A DNA stretch of 64,000 nucleotides. Origin: Candidatus Krumholzibacteriia bacterium. Lineage in GTDB: Bacteria > Krumholzibacteriota > Krumholzibacteriia > LZORAL124-64-63. Positions 19,229 to 30,266 of the stretch are shown piece after piece (within the stretch, counting starts at the first letter, position 1; every line of letters begins with the position of its first letter). The position numbers were made by a program, and so were the translations under genes. The notes under the pieces were generated by a model. That model did not search any database, was not told where the DNA came from, and saw only the letters and a program-made list of their open reading frames with translations. The stretch covers positions 81,994 through 145,993 of the forward strand of contig JBFXKG010000005.1 in assembly GCA_050174015.1 (NCBI GenBank), written 5' to 3'.

Positions 19229-20386
19229 CTAGAACTTCTTGATCATGCCGGTGCTGATGCCCCAGGGATCGTTGGTCGCCTCGCCGGCGTCCGCGGGGTA
19301 GGGGAACATCCGGGTGCCGTGACCCTCGCCACCCACGGGGAAGCTGGTGGTCTCGCCGTTGTTGGTCAGCACGAACTGCGTGTAGAAGGTCGTGCTCTTG
19401 TCGAAGGTGTGGTCGATGCCCATGGCGAAGAAGCTGGCGTCGTCGTCATCCATGTCGGTGTTGGGGTCGAACCCGTAGAACTGACCCTTGACGGCGTACT
19501 TCTCGTTCATGGTGTAGCGGGCGCCGATGCCCCAGGTCTGGGTGTTCAGGTCGCCGCTGACCAGGGTGCTGTTCTCCATGTAGGAGTACATCTTGCCGTT
19601 GCGGTTCTGCAGCATCTGGTACAGGGCGGCGATCTCCAGGTCGCCGGCGGTGTACTTGCCGACGAAGCGCATGCCGATGGCGTCCTCGACGTCGAAGTCG
19701 GCGGGCACGGCCGGGACCCACACGTTCTGGTACTGGTCCTGCGGCATCCAGTAGCCGGGCACCTCGGGGGTGGCGAAGTTGTTCTTCTGGATCAGCTCGT
19801 AGGCGGCTCCGAAGAAGAAGCTGTCGTTGTTGTAGGTCGCGCTGGCGCTCATGGCGCCGGTGTCGGCCATGGTGACGTCGTTCTTGAACTGGTAGGCGCC
19901 GGTCAGGGCGAAGCCGCTGTAATCGGGGGTGCCGTACATGATGACCTTGTCCATGCGGCGGTCCCAGCCGAAGGTGACCTGGCGGAAGTCGCCCAGCTCG
20001 TCCTTGAAGAAGTCGACCTTGCGGCCGATCATCTTCATGGGGGTGTCGTGGATGCCGGCCTTCATCCAGCCCCAGTCGCCCTTGAGGCCCAGGAAGGTGT
20101 TCCGGTTGGCGAGCAGCCCCTTGGTGTCCTTCACCGTCAGGTTCATGAAGCTCTCGAACTGCCAGATGAAGGTGAAGTTGTCGTTCAGTTCCTGGGCGCC
20201 CTTGATGCCGAAGCGGGACGTGTTGCTCGCCAGCACCAGCTCGGTGGAGTCGCCGTTGTTCAGGGCGTCGAGGGAGACGTGGAGATGACCATACACCGTG
20301 TAGGGCGCATCACCGGCGTTGGCGGTCATGGCGGCGAAAGCCACGAGCATGACCAGCATCATGGTAACCATCTTCTTGTTAATCAA
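19229..20386 (-). CDS. Porin-like outer-membrane beta-barrel protein
   Basis: About 385 aa; signal peptide; terminal Phe (MIKKF); TTG start 20386 preferred because aaggagg lies 6 nt upstream (ATG 20371 is the alternative). Confidence 0.55.
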   Translation of the reverse strand: MINKKMVTMMLVMLVAFAAMTANAGDAPYTVYGHLHVSLDALNNGDSTELVLASNTSRFGIKGAQELNDNFTFIWQFESFMNLTVKDTKGLLANRNTFLGLKGDWGWMKAGIHDTPMKMIGRKVDFFKDELGDFRQVTFGWDRRMDKVIMYGTPDYSGFALTGAYQFKNDVTMADTGAMSASATYNNDSFFFGAAYELIQKNNFATPEVPGYWMPQDQYQNVWVPAVPADFDVEDAIGMRFVGKYTAGDLEIAALYQMLQNRNGKMYSYMENSTLVSGDLNTQTWGIGARYTMNEKYAVKGQFYGFDPNTDMDDDDASFFAMGIDHTFDKSTTFYTQFVLTNNGETTSFPVGGEGHGTRMFPYPADAGEATNDPWGISTGMIKKF

Positions 20387-20767
20387 CTTGGACCTCCTTG
20401 AAATCCATCCATGGGATTTTCCCCGGCGAGCGAGACCGCCGGGAAATCGATCGCACCTCTCCGAACGTCGACATGTCCGCCGGATCGGAAGGATCGGCGG
20501 GACACGGAACCGCCACGGCTGTGGCACTCTCCTTAGTGTTTCGCCGCAACTTCAGCGGCCTCGAAGCGAGCCGGGCTCCCGACACAAATCACCGACCACC
20601 CGTCCGGACCGGCCGGACAGGACGAGGACGGATGATCATTCTGGTGCCAGAGCGCATCTACCTCTCACCGGACGGCAGGGTAACCCAGAGCCCCCTCCAC
20701 CGGATCGATCGAGGCCATGCCCGAAGCACGACCTGGGCCTGGATGCCATCATCTACGGAAACCAAAG

Positions 20768-20815
20768 ATCCTGTCAACCTGATCTTGATGACTCGATCCG
20801 GTCAACCTGATCTTG
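20768..20815. repeat. Direct repeat 2 x 21 nt (gatccNgtcaacctgatcttg), period 27 nt, in the 660-bp porin / M14-peptidase intergenic region
   Basis: Exact 15-nt core gtcaacctgatcttg at 20774-20788 and 20801-20815. Confidence 0.6.
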
Positions 20816-21044
20816 GGTTTCCGCAACCCGACAGGGAAACGGTATCCCAGCCCGACCAGCACCTAGATTAATGGTTGCTTTCCGCGGATCAACCCTTTTC
20901 TGCAATCCGCCCCGGCATTTTTTGGGTTGCCGGAGCCCCCCGATTTTCGGCCTGGTTCCCGGTTTTCGAGTGATTCCCTGGCCGTTGACGGTTATCCTGG
21001 TCGGCATTCCCCAGCGGATTCGTCCTCCTTCGATCGGAAGGTCC

Positions 21045-22832
21045 ATGGCGCGCCACGTTCACCTCGGGATCCTGTTCGGCCTGCTGGCGTCCTGCGCCAG
21101 GGCCGACGCCACGCCGGCCCTGCAGACGCCCTTCGAGGATTCGGGAGGCAGGGAAACGCCGACCTACGCCGAGACGGTGAGCTGGTGCAGGGATCTGGCG
21201 GAGTCCTCGCCCCTGGTCTCCTACCGGGAGTTCGGTCTCAGTCCCCAGGGGAGGGCCTTGCCCCTGGTGGTCGCCGACCGGGACGGCTTCGCCGATCCGG
21301 ACGCCTGCCGGCGGGGAGGGGATCAGGTCATCCTCCTGGTCCAGGCCTGCATCCACGCCGGGGAAAGCTGCGGCAAGGACGCCGGCATGCTCCTGCTGAA
21401 GGACCTCGCCGCCGCCGACGGTCCGGCGCGCGCCCTGCTGGACAACGTCACGCTCCTGTTCATCCCCATCTTCAACGTCGACGGCCACGAGCGGTTCGGC
21501 CCCTACAACCGCGTCAACCAGAACGGGCCCCGGGAGATGGGTTGGCGGACGACCGCGCAGAACCTCAATCTCAACCGGGATTTCCTCAAGGCCGACGCCC
21601 CGGAGATGCAGGCCTGGCTGGGACTGTGGAACGCGTGGTCGCCGGACTTCTTCATCGACGTCCACAGCACCGACGGGGCCGACTACCAGTACGCGATCAC
21701 CTACAGCCTGGAGACTCACGGGAACCTCGATGCGGGCCTGACCACCCTGGTCCAAACCTACGAAGACCGCATGAACCGGGACATGGCGGCCGACGGGTTT
21801 CCCATGATCCGCTACGTCTCCTTCCGGAACTGGCACGACCCGCGCAGCGGCCTGCAGGCGTGGGCCGCCGGTCCCCGGTTCAGCCAGGGTTACGCCGCGG
21901 TGCGCAACCGTCCGGGACTGCTGATCGAGACCCACATGCTCAAGGACTACGCCAATCGTGTGGAGACCTCGGGACTGCTGGTGAGGCACACGATGGCCTG
22001 GCTGAACGAACACGGCGCGGAACTCAGGGCCGCGGTCGAGGCCGCCGACCGGGCCGCCGCCTCGCCCGGTTTCAGGGACCGGCCGTTCCCCCTGACCTTC
22101 CAGCGGACCGATTCCTGCCGGACCATCGATTTCCTGGGAGTGGCCTACGAAACGGTGACCGGCGAGGTGACGGGGGGCGACTACAACCGCTTCGGCGCCG
22201 AGCCCGAGATCTGGAAGGTGGACTACTACGACGTCGTCGAACCGGACGAGACGGTGATCCTGCCGGCTGCGTACCTGGTGCCCCCCGAATGGACGGCGGT
22301 CCTGGAGAGACTCCGGTGGCACGGCGCGCAGTTCCGGCGTCTGGCCGCGCCGGTGGACCTGGAAGTCCGGACCTACCGCTTCGGAAGCGCGACCTGGGGG
22401 CGGCGTCCCTACGAGGGGCGCAACACGGTGGAGTTCGAGATCGCCGCGGGAACCGAAACCCTGACCTTTCCGGCGGGATCGGCCGTGGTCTCCCTGGCCC
22501 AGCCGGCGGCGCGGGCGATCGCCCACCTGCTCGAGCCGGAAGGACCCGATTCCCTGGCGCGCTGGGGATTCTTCACCGCGGTGTTCGACCGTGTGGAGTA
22601 CGTCGAGTCCTACGTCATCGAGGCCATGATCCCGCAGATGCTGGCCGAGCGCCCGGAACTCGCCGCCGAGCTGGAGGCGGCGAAGGCCGCCGATCCGGTG
22701 TGGGCGAAGGAGCCCTGGAACCTCAGGATGTGGTTCTACGAGCGCACGCCCTATTACGACGGACGCGCAGGCCTGTACCCGGTCGGCCTGCTCGACGACC
22801 CGACGGTCCTGGAATCGTTACCCCTCGACTGA
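21045..22832 (+). CDS. M14-family zinc carboxypeptidase (secreted)
   Basis: Signal peptide; Zn-binding region QACIHAGESCG and downstream FIDVHSTDG typical of M14; the upstream 58 aa of the table ORF are not used. Confidence 0.7.
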   Translation: MARHVHLGILFGLLASCARADATPALQTPFEDSGGRETPTYAETVSWCRDLAESSPLVSYREFGLSPQGRALPLVVADRDGFADPDACRRGGDQVILLVQACIHAGESCGKDAGMLLLKDLAAADGPARALLDNVTLLFIPIFNVDGHERFGPYNRVNQNGPREMGWRTTAQNLNLNRDFLKADAPEMQAWLGLWNAWSPDFFIDVHSTDGADYQYAITYSLETHGNLDAGLTTLVQTYEDRMNRDMAADGFPMIRYVSFRNWHDPRSGLQAWAAGPRFSQGYAAVRNRPGLLIETHMLKDYANRVETSGLLVRHTMAWLNEHGAELRAAVEAADRAAASPGFRDRPFPLTFQRTDSCRTIDFLGVAYETVTGEVTGGDYNRFGAEPEIWKVDYYDVVEPDETVILPAAYLVPPEWTAVLERLRWHGAQFRRLAAPVDLEVRTYRFGSATWGRRPYEGRNTVEFEIAAGTETLTFPAGSAVVSLAQPAARAIAHLLEPEGPDSLARWGFFTAVFDRVEYVESYVIEAMIPQMLAERPELAAELEAAKAADPVWAKEPWNLRMWFYERTPYYDGRAGLYPVGLLDDPTVLESLPLD

Positions 22833-22956
22833 CCAGGGGCCGGACCGGGGCGCCAGGCGGGCCGTAGAGACAGGAACCCCCGGGGAACGTTCCGAAGGGC
22901 GTCAGCCCGAAGAGTTCCCCGGGGGTTCCTGTCTCTAGGACCGATCGTGGCCCCGG

Positions 22957-24636
<1,680 letters not shown>

Positions 24637-24786
24637 GGGTACGGACACCCGCCTTTCGCGGATCGGTTGTTCCAGTCCTGGATTCGCCACGATATATTCG
24701 GTGCTCCCGCCGACTTCGGCAACCCGAATCCCCGGAAACCGTACCAAGGGGATGGGGCTGAACCCACACGAACGGGAGACGGGTAC

Positions 24787-25656
24787 ATGTCCAGCACCAC
24801 CAGGAAATGGCTCACCGGTTGCGGCATCGGTTGCGGCCTGATCCTCATCGTCCTCGGCGCCGTGGGAACCTGCGGTTACTTCGGGGTCAGGAAGATCATC
24901 GACAAGGCCGATTCGCTGGAGGCCGATTTCGCCACCCTGAACGCCGAGTTCGGGCGCCCCGGCGATTTCGTCCCCGATCCGACCGGACGCATCCCTCCCG
25001 ACCGCATGGAAACCTTCCTGGAGATCCGCGACCGGATGACGCCCCTGCGGGAGGAGGTCTCGGCCATCTTCCGGGTCCTGGACGGGAAGGACCGCCTGAG
25101 CTTCCTGGAAAAGGCCAAGGCCGGTTTCAAGCTCGTGCCGGCGATCATGGACTTCATGGCCGAGCGCAACCGGGCCGTGCTGGAGGCGGGGATGGGCGTG
25201 GGCGAGTACCAGCACATCTACTGCCTCGCCTACTACGGGTTGCTGGGGAAGGATCCGGCCGACGGGCCGGGTTTCGCCATCCGCTCCGACGACGAGGGGG
25301 ACCGGGAGGTGCAGTTCGGCTGGAAGGGTACCGGGGACGGGAAGGACGAGGAGGAGGTCAGGCGGGAACGCGCCCGCGACCTGCGCAGGATGGTCAACCG
25401 CATCCAGCGGGAGATCCTCGGCAACCAGCTGGCCGCACTCGAGGCCCGGGGTGCGCTCGAACCCGACGAGGCGGACTGGCGCGACCGGCTGGCCGCCGAG
25501 GTCGACGCCATGCGGACGGAATACCTGCGCCTGCCCTGGGAAACCGCGCTGCCCGACCGCATCCGCGAGTCCCTCGAACCCTACCGGTCCGACCTCGAGG
25601 TCACCTACGATCCCATGACCAGCATCCTGGAGATGGGGCTCGTGGATCAGGACTAG
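24787..25656 (+). CDS. Hypothetical membrane-anchored protein
   Basis: N-terminal TM helix (WLTGCGIGCGLILIVLGAV), acidic/charged C-terminal region; no recognisable family. Confidence 0.45.
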   Translation: MSSTTRKWLTGCGIGCGLILIVLGAVGTCGYFGVRKIIDKADSLEADFATLNAEFGRPGDFVPDPTGRIPPDRMETFLEIRDRMTPLREEVSAIFRVLDGKDRLSFLEKAKAGFKLVPAIMDFMAERNRAVLEAGMGVGEYQHIYCLAYYGLLGKDPADGPGFAIRSDDEGDREVQFGWKGTGDGKDEEEVRRERARDLRRMVNRIQREILGNQLAALEARGALEPDEADWRDRLAAEVDAMRTEYLRLPWETALPDRIRESLEPYRSDLEVTYDPMTSILEMGLVDQD

Positions 25657-25692
25657 GCGGACCTGGAGGCGGCGCGCCGGGTGGGACCGCCC

Positions 25693-27297
25693 TCAGGCCG
25701 GACGGGGAAGCCGGACCGCGAAGGTGCGGACGTGATGGGGCCGGCCCGCCCAAACGGGGAAGTCGAGGGGCGGGCGCAGGTCGATCACCTCGCCGAAGCA
25801 GGCCTCCAGGGCGCGGCGGTAGGCGGCGTGGTCGCCGCCGCGGTGGTTGTTGGCGAAGAAGGCGGCGCCCGAGGGCGCGAGGACCTCGGCGACCGCTGAG
25901 GCCAGCAGGGGCCACTCGTCCTCCAGGGAGAACTTCCCCCCGTCCCGGCTCGAGGCGAAGACCGGGGGATCGCAGACGACCAGGTCGAAGGCGGGATAGG
26001 CGTCGCCCAGTTCGGCCTTCCTGCGCAGCTGGCGTTTCAGCCACTTGCGGGCGTCCTCCTGGACGAACTTCCCGATGCCGCTTTCCTCCAGGCCGTTCAC
26101 CTTGAAGTTGGCCTTGCCGGTGTTGAGGCAGGGACGGGCCGTGTCCACGGAGAAGACCACCTCTGCCCGTTCGGCGGCGGCCATCACCGAGAACGAGCAG
26201 GTGAACGCGAAGAGGTTGGCGACCCGCTTGCCGGCCGCGGCCAGGGCCAGCCGCCGCCGGGTGTCGCGCTGGTCCAGGAACAACCCGGTGTGCTGGGTCT
26301 TCAGCAGGTCGATCCGGAAGGCCAGGCCGTGCTCGATCACCTGGAAGACGGGCGGCGGCGGATCCCCGATCACCAGGCGTTCGGCTGCCAGGCCTTCACC
26401 GTGGGGATTGCGGCTGTGGGCGCGCAGGACTCCGCCGCGCATCGCCCAGATGGCGGAGATCTCGTCCAGCAGGGGGCCGAGCCGGCCGTGCGCTTCGGCG
26501 AGGGGCTGCGCCTCGTCGTACCAGACGGCGTTGAACCAGGGCCCGAGGATCTCGACCGAAACGGGCAGCCCGGGAATCTCATCCCGGTGCACGATCCGGT
26601 GGGCGTCGGTCACCGCGGTCGGCCAGACCCCCCGGCGGTCCCTGCAGAGGGCCAGGTCCAGGCTCCCGGATCCTCCCTCGGCCAGCAGGCTCAGGGCCGG
26701 GGGCAGGGGCGCGACGACGGGTGCGGGGATGCCCGGCCATTCCACCTGGAGGCAGTGCAGGCAGAGGCGGGGAAAGGGCTCGCCGCCGTACTCCGGATCA
26801 CCCAGCAGGGGCACCCCCGAGGCGGCGGCGTGGCGGCGGATCTGGTGCTTGCGGCCGCGGGCGATCTCCGCCCGGTAGCGGATGGGAGGTAATGCTCCTG
26901 GTCCGGCGGTCCCGGCGGCGGGACCCAGCCGGAAGAAGCGGGTCGCGGCGGCCTTGCTGTCCAGGGGGTCCTCCCGGGACCAGGCGTCCGGCAGCCCGAG
27001 TTCGCGGGAGTCGGCCGTCGCCAGGAATTCGTACACCTTGCGGGCTTCGCCCCGCTCGTGGATGGCCTGGGCCTCGGCCGAGGCGGCGCCGTCCAGGGCC
27101 AGCAGCAGGGCTCCGCTGGTTTCGCGGTCCAGCCGGGAGACGACCTGGGCCGCGATTCCCAGATGGAGCTCCAGCCATTCGACCACGCCGAGCTCCCCGG
27201 GGCTCGCGGCGTGGGTGGCCATGCCGCACGGCTTGTTCACCACCAGCCAGCGGGGATCCCGGTGCAGGATGCAGGTGGAGCCGGCGCCCTGGAACAT
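25693..27297 (-). CDS. Fusion protein: RluA-family pseudouridine synthase (N-terminal) plus class-I SAM-dependent RNA methyltransferase (C-terminal, RlmI/RlmK-like)
   Basis: RluA catalytic motif HRLDRETSGALLLA. C-terminal half carries FAFTCSFSV (SAM motif I) and the FDLVVCDPP signature of m5C/m2G RNA methyltransferases. One continuous frame. Confidence 0.65.
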   Translation of the reverse strand: MFQGAGSTCILHRDPRWLVVNKPCGMATHAASPGELGVVEWLELHLGIAAQVVSRLDRETSGALLLALDGAASAEAQAIHERGEARKVYEFLATADSRELGLPDAWSREDPLDSKAAATRFFRLGPAAGTAGPGALPPIRYRAEIARGRKHQIRRHAAASGVPLLGDPEYGGEPFPRLCLHCLQVEWPGIPAPVVAPLPPALSLLAEGGSGSLDLALCRDRRGVWPTAVTDAHRIVHRDEIPGLPVSVEILGPWFNAVWYDEAQPLAEAHGRLGPLLDEISAIWAMRGGVLRAHSRNPHGEGLAAERLVIGDPPPPVFQVIEHGLAFRIDLLKTQHTGLFLDQRDTRRRLALAAAGKRVANLFAFTCSFSVMAAAERAEVVFSVDTARPCLNTGKANFKVNGLEESGIGKFVQEDARKWLKRQLRRKAELGDAYPAFDLVVCDPPVFASSRDGGKFSLEDEWPLLASAVAEVLAPSGAAFFANNHRGGDHAAYRRALEACFGEVIDLRPPLDFPVWAGRPHHVRTFAVRLPRPA

Positions 27298-27547
27298 GGT
27301 CAGCCTTTCCCAGCCGGGCCGGACAGGAAGGCGGCGGCCCTTTCGGCCAGCAGCTCCATGTAGCGGGCATGGTCCATGCCCGTCCCGGCACGCGGGAGGA
27401 TGTCGATCGGCAGGTTCAAGGGGCCTACCTCCTTTCTGGGGGGGATTATTCCCGATGCATGGGTGGATCACAAGCGGTGGTTGAAAGGGTCCCCGCTTGT
27501 CCGTACATTCCAACCCGTCCCGTCCACCCCCGGCTCCGGAAGGATCC

Positions 27548-29803
27548 ATGAACCGTCCCCAAAATTTCGCACCGTCCTTTCGCGTGGACGGCCGGCTCGT
27601 CCAGCCGGATCTGAACCGCATCTGCGGTCCGGAGGGGGAGGTCCAGGTGGAACCGCGGGTCATGCAGGTGCTGCTGGCCCTGTCCCGCACCCCCGGTCGG
27701 GTGGTGTCCCGCAACGACATCCTGGACGAGGTCTGGGGCGACCAGATCGTGGGCGAGGAGAACCTGACCCGGGCCATCTCGGAACTGCGCCGGATCTTCG
27801 GCGACCAGGCGCGCGAACCCCGGTACATCGAGACCATCCGCCATCACGGCTACCGGCTGATCGCCCCGGTGACGGAGCCGGAGAACGAGGCCGCAGGGGA
27901 TCCAGCCGAAGCGCCGGGTGACGAGGCCGTGAACACCCCGGACGCCACCGCCCCGGATGTCCCGGCCATTCCCTCCTCCCCGGTCGGGGGGGAGCCCCCG
28001 CGCCCCCGGAGCAGACGCCCGGGGAGGATTCCCCTCGGCGCGGTGATCATCGTGGCGATCACCGCCGTGGCCGTGAACTGGTGGCTGGATGGCCGGAGGG
28101 GGGACGCCGGCGATCCCGTCCCCGCACCTTCACCCGAGGATGTCCGGCCCCTGACCTCCTACACGGGGCGGGAGCGCCACCCGGCCCTGTCCCCGGACGG
28201 GCTCAGGGTGGCCTTCGCCTGGTCGGGCCCCGAGACGGAGGGTCCGTCGACCAGCCTGTTCATCAAGCAGCAGAACTCGGAGACCCCGCTCCAGCTGACC
28301 GATGCCGAGGGGTGGGTCGCCTGGCCGGCCTGGTCTCCCGACGGGCAGACCATCGCCTACGTCCAGGGGGGAGGGGGCCGCAGGGCCGTCCTGTGCACCA
28401 TCCCCTCCCTGGGCGGACCGGTGCGGGAGTTGGCGGCTTCGGCCGGCCTGATCGAGGGGTTGGACTGGAGTCCCGACGGGGACAGCCTGGTGTACTCCGC
28501 CCTGGACACCCTGGAGGGGATTCCCGTCCTGATGATCCTGGACCTGCCGTCCCTGACCACGACCGTGCTCGATCCCGAACGATTCGGCCCCGGACGGGCC
28601 ACCTTGCCGCGGATGTCTCCCGACGGGTCGAAGCTGGCCTGGGTCGCCTCCGACCCCGGCGGCGGGGGGGTCCTGATGGGGTCGTCCTGGCCGGATCCCG
28701 AGGGGCCGGCCAGGCGGCTGGCGGAGGGCCTGGGCGTCCTGGGCGGGCTGGCCTGGAGTCCCGACGGCCGGTCCATCGTCTTCGGCGCGGCCCCTGCGGG
28801 GGAATTCTCCCTGTGGACCGTGTCCTGGGAACGCGGAGAACCCCTGCCCCTGACGATCGGGGAGGGGATGGCCTGGAATCCCCACCTGAGCCGCCGCTCG
28901 GGGGATCTGGTCTTCGAGCAGCTGGCCATGGACCGCGACCTGTGGTGCGTCAAGGTGCTCGAATCGTCACCCTGGCGCCTGGAAAGCCGGCCTTTCGCAC
29001 CATCGACCCGCTGGGAGTTCGAGGCCGACTTCAGCCCCGACGGCGGCCGGGTGGCCTTCGTCTCGGCCCGGTCGGGCGCTCCGGAGATCTGGCTGGCCGA
29101 TTCCACGGGCGCCGACCTGACCAGACTGACCGACCTCGCCGCCGAGGCGATCACCCATCCCCGCTGGTCTCCCGACGGGACCCGCATCGGCTGCAACATC
29201 CTGCGCGGCGGCCGCTTGCTGGCGGCCGTCTGCGACGCCCGCGGAGGCGCTCCGCGCGAACTCACCACGGCCGGCGCCAACCTCCGGTTTTCGGCCTGGA
29301 CGCCCGACGGCCTCGGCGTCCTGCTCGCCGGGCCCACGGACCGCGGATGGCGCCTGCTGCGGACGTCCCTCGAAGAGGCGCCAGGAGAGACGGGCCCGGT
29401 CGACTTCCTGCCGCCCGGACTCGCCGCGGTCCAGGGGGAGTTCTCCCCCGACGGGCGCCACCTCTACTTCATCCGGCCAGGGGTCCGGGGCCTGTGGCGG
29501 GTCACCCTCGGGCCAGGGGGCGATCCCGAGGGGGACCCGCAGCTGGTCGTTGCGGAGATCGATGCGGCCCGCAGGGACAGCTGGCGGATCAGCGGCGGCC
29601 AGGTGGTCTGGGTCATGAGGGCTTCGGGCCTGGCCTACCTGGCCCTGACGGACACCGGAACGCTGGCGTCCACCCTGGTGACGGATTTGCCGGGATGGGC
29701 CGGCGAGGGCATCGCCGCGGCCCCCACCGGGAGGGCCTTCCTGTATCCCCATACCCGGAAAGTGGAGGCCGATCTGATGTGGATTCCGGGTTTCGCCCGT
29801 TGA
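27548..29803 (+). CDS. CadC/OmpR-type winged-helix DNA-binding regulator fused via a TM segment to a periplasmic TolB-like beta-propeller (PD40 repeats)
   Basis: wHTH region EVQVEPRVMQVLLALSRTPGRVVSRNDILDEVWGD...RRIFGD...IETIRHHGYRL; TM GAVIIVAITAVAVNWWL; repeats SPDGLRVAF, SPDGQTIAY, SPDGSKLAW, SPDGRSIVF, SPDGGRVAF, SPDGTRIG. Confidence 0.7.
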   Translation: MNRPQNFAPSFRVDGRLVQPDLNRICGPEGEVQVEPRVMQVLLALSRTPGRVVSRNDILDEVWGDQIVGEENLTRAISELRRIFGDQAREPRYIETIRHHGYRLIAPVTEPENEAAGDPAEAPGDEAVNTPDATAPDVPAIPSSPVGGEPPRPRSRRPGRIPLGAVIIVAITAVAVNWWLDGRRGDAGDPVPAPSPEDVRPLTSYTGRERHPALSPDGLRVAFAWSGPETEGPSTSLFIKQQNSETPLQLTDAEGWVAWPAWSPDGQTIAYVQGGGGRRAVLCTIPSLGGPVRELAASAGLIEGLDWSPDGDSLVYSALDTLEGIPVLMILDLPSLTTTVLDPERFGPGRATLPRMSPDGSKLAWVASDPGGGGVLMGSSWPDPEGPARRLAEGLGVLGGLAWSPDGRSIVFGAAPAGEFSLWTVSWERGEPLPLTIGEGMAWNPHLSRRSGDLVFEQLAMDRDLWCVKVLESSPWRLESRPFAPSTRWEFEADFSPDGGRVAFVSARSGAPEIWLADSTGADLTRLTDLAAEAITHPRWSPDGTRIGCNILRGGRLLAAVCDARGGAPRELTTAGANLRFSAWTPDGLGVLLAGPTDRGWRLLRTSLEEAPGETGPVDFLPPGLAAVQGEFSPDGRHLYFIRPGVRGLWRVTLGPGGDPEGDPQLVVAEIDAARRDSWRISGGQVVWVMRASGLAYLALTDTGTLASTLVTDLPGWAGEGIAAAPTGRAFLYPHTRKVEADLMWIPGFAR

Positions 29804-30170
29804 ACGGCCGGTCCGCCAAGATTCTTGTCGAATTTTAATTCATTGACATCAAACGAGTTGGAAACATCGGGGCCGTCTTAAGGTTTTCTTAACCTGTCCT
29901 TCAGGCGGTGGGTCGGGGATTTTCGTTCCATTCCCTTCGAACTGTCGACAATCCCGTCGGCGGGTTCGCGGTAAGAGGCCGGTCTCGGTCGTGTCTTGGA
30001 CTGGAACTGCGAGAGGGATTCCTTATTCACCTGGTCGCCAAGTGGATCCCGGCTCAGGCCAAGACCGGTGGGGCCATGCTGATGGAGCGGGTAACATGCC
30101 CCCCCGCCCAGCAGGTGGTCACTCCGGAAGCGACCGACCGGCCTTTTGCCCCTTGCCTCGTGGCCCCGTG

Positions 30171-30246
30171 AGTGGACAACCTGCCGGCGCACGTCCAGCG
30201 ACGCTCCGATCCCCCTCGTGACGAGTCCAGGACACCCGGCAGGTTT
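30171..30246 (+). terminator. Rho-independent-terminator-like hairpin (cctgccgg ... ccggcagg followed by tttttt) ending a 440-nt gene-free gap
   Basis: 8-9 bp inverted repeat around a long loop, then T6 at 30241-30246. Confidence 0.35.
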
Positions 30247-30266
30247 TTTCCCCATCCCGCTCGCCC

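Noticed and set aside
26721-29838. Large Arg/Pro/Gly-rich ORFs (26721..27551, 26882..27484, 28081..29838, 28357..29337 and others)
   Set aside because: Overlap well-supported genes in other frames; low-complexity GC-artefact composition.
29804-30266. RNase P RNA, tmRNA or SRP RNA in the 460-nt gap
   Set aside because: Looked for GGAAAGUCCGGGCUCC / GGUAAGAGCGCACC (RNase P), the ANDENYALAA tag ORF plus 3' tRNA-like end (tmRNA), and the SRP domain-IV motif; only fragmentary resemblance (gcggtaagag) was found, insufficient to call.
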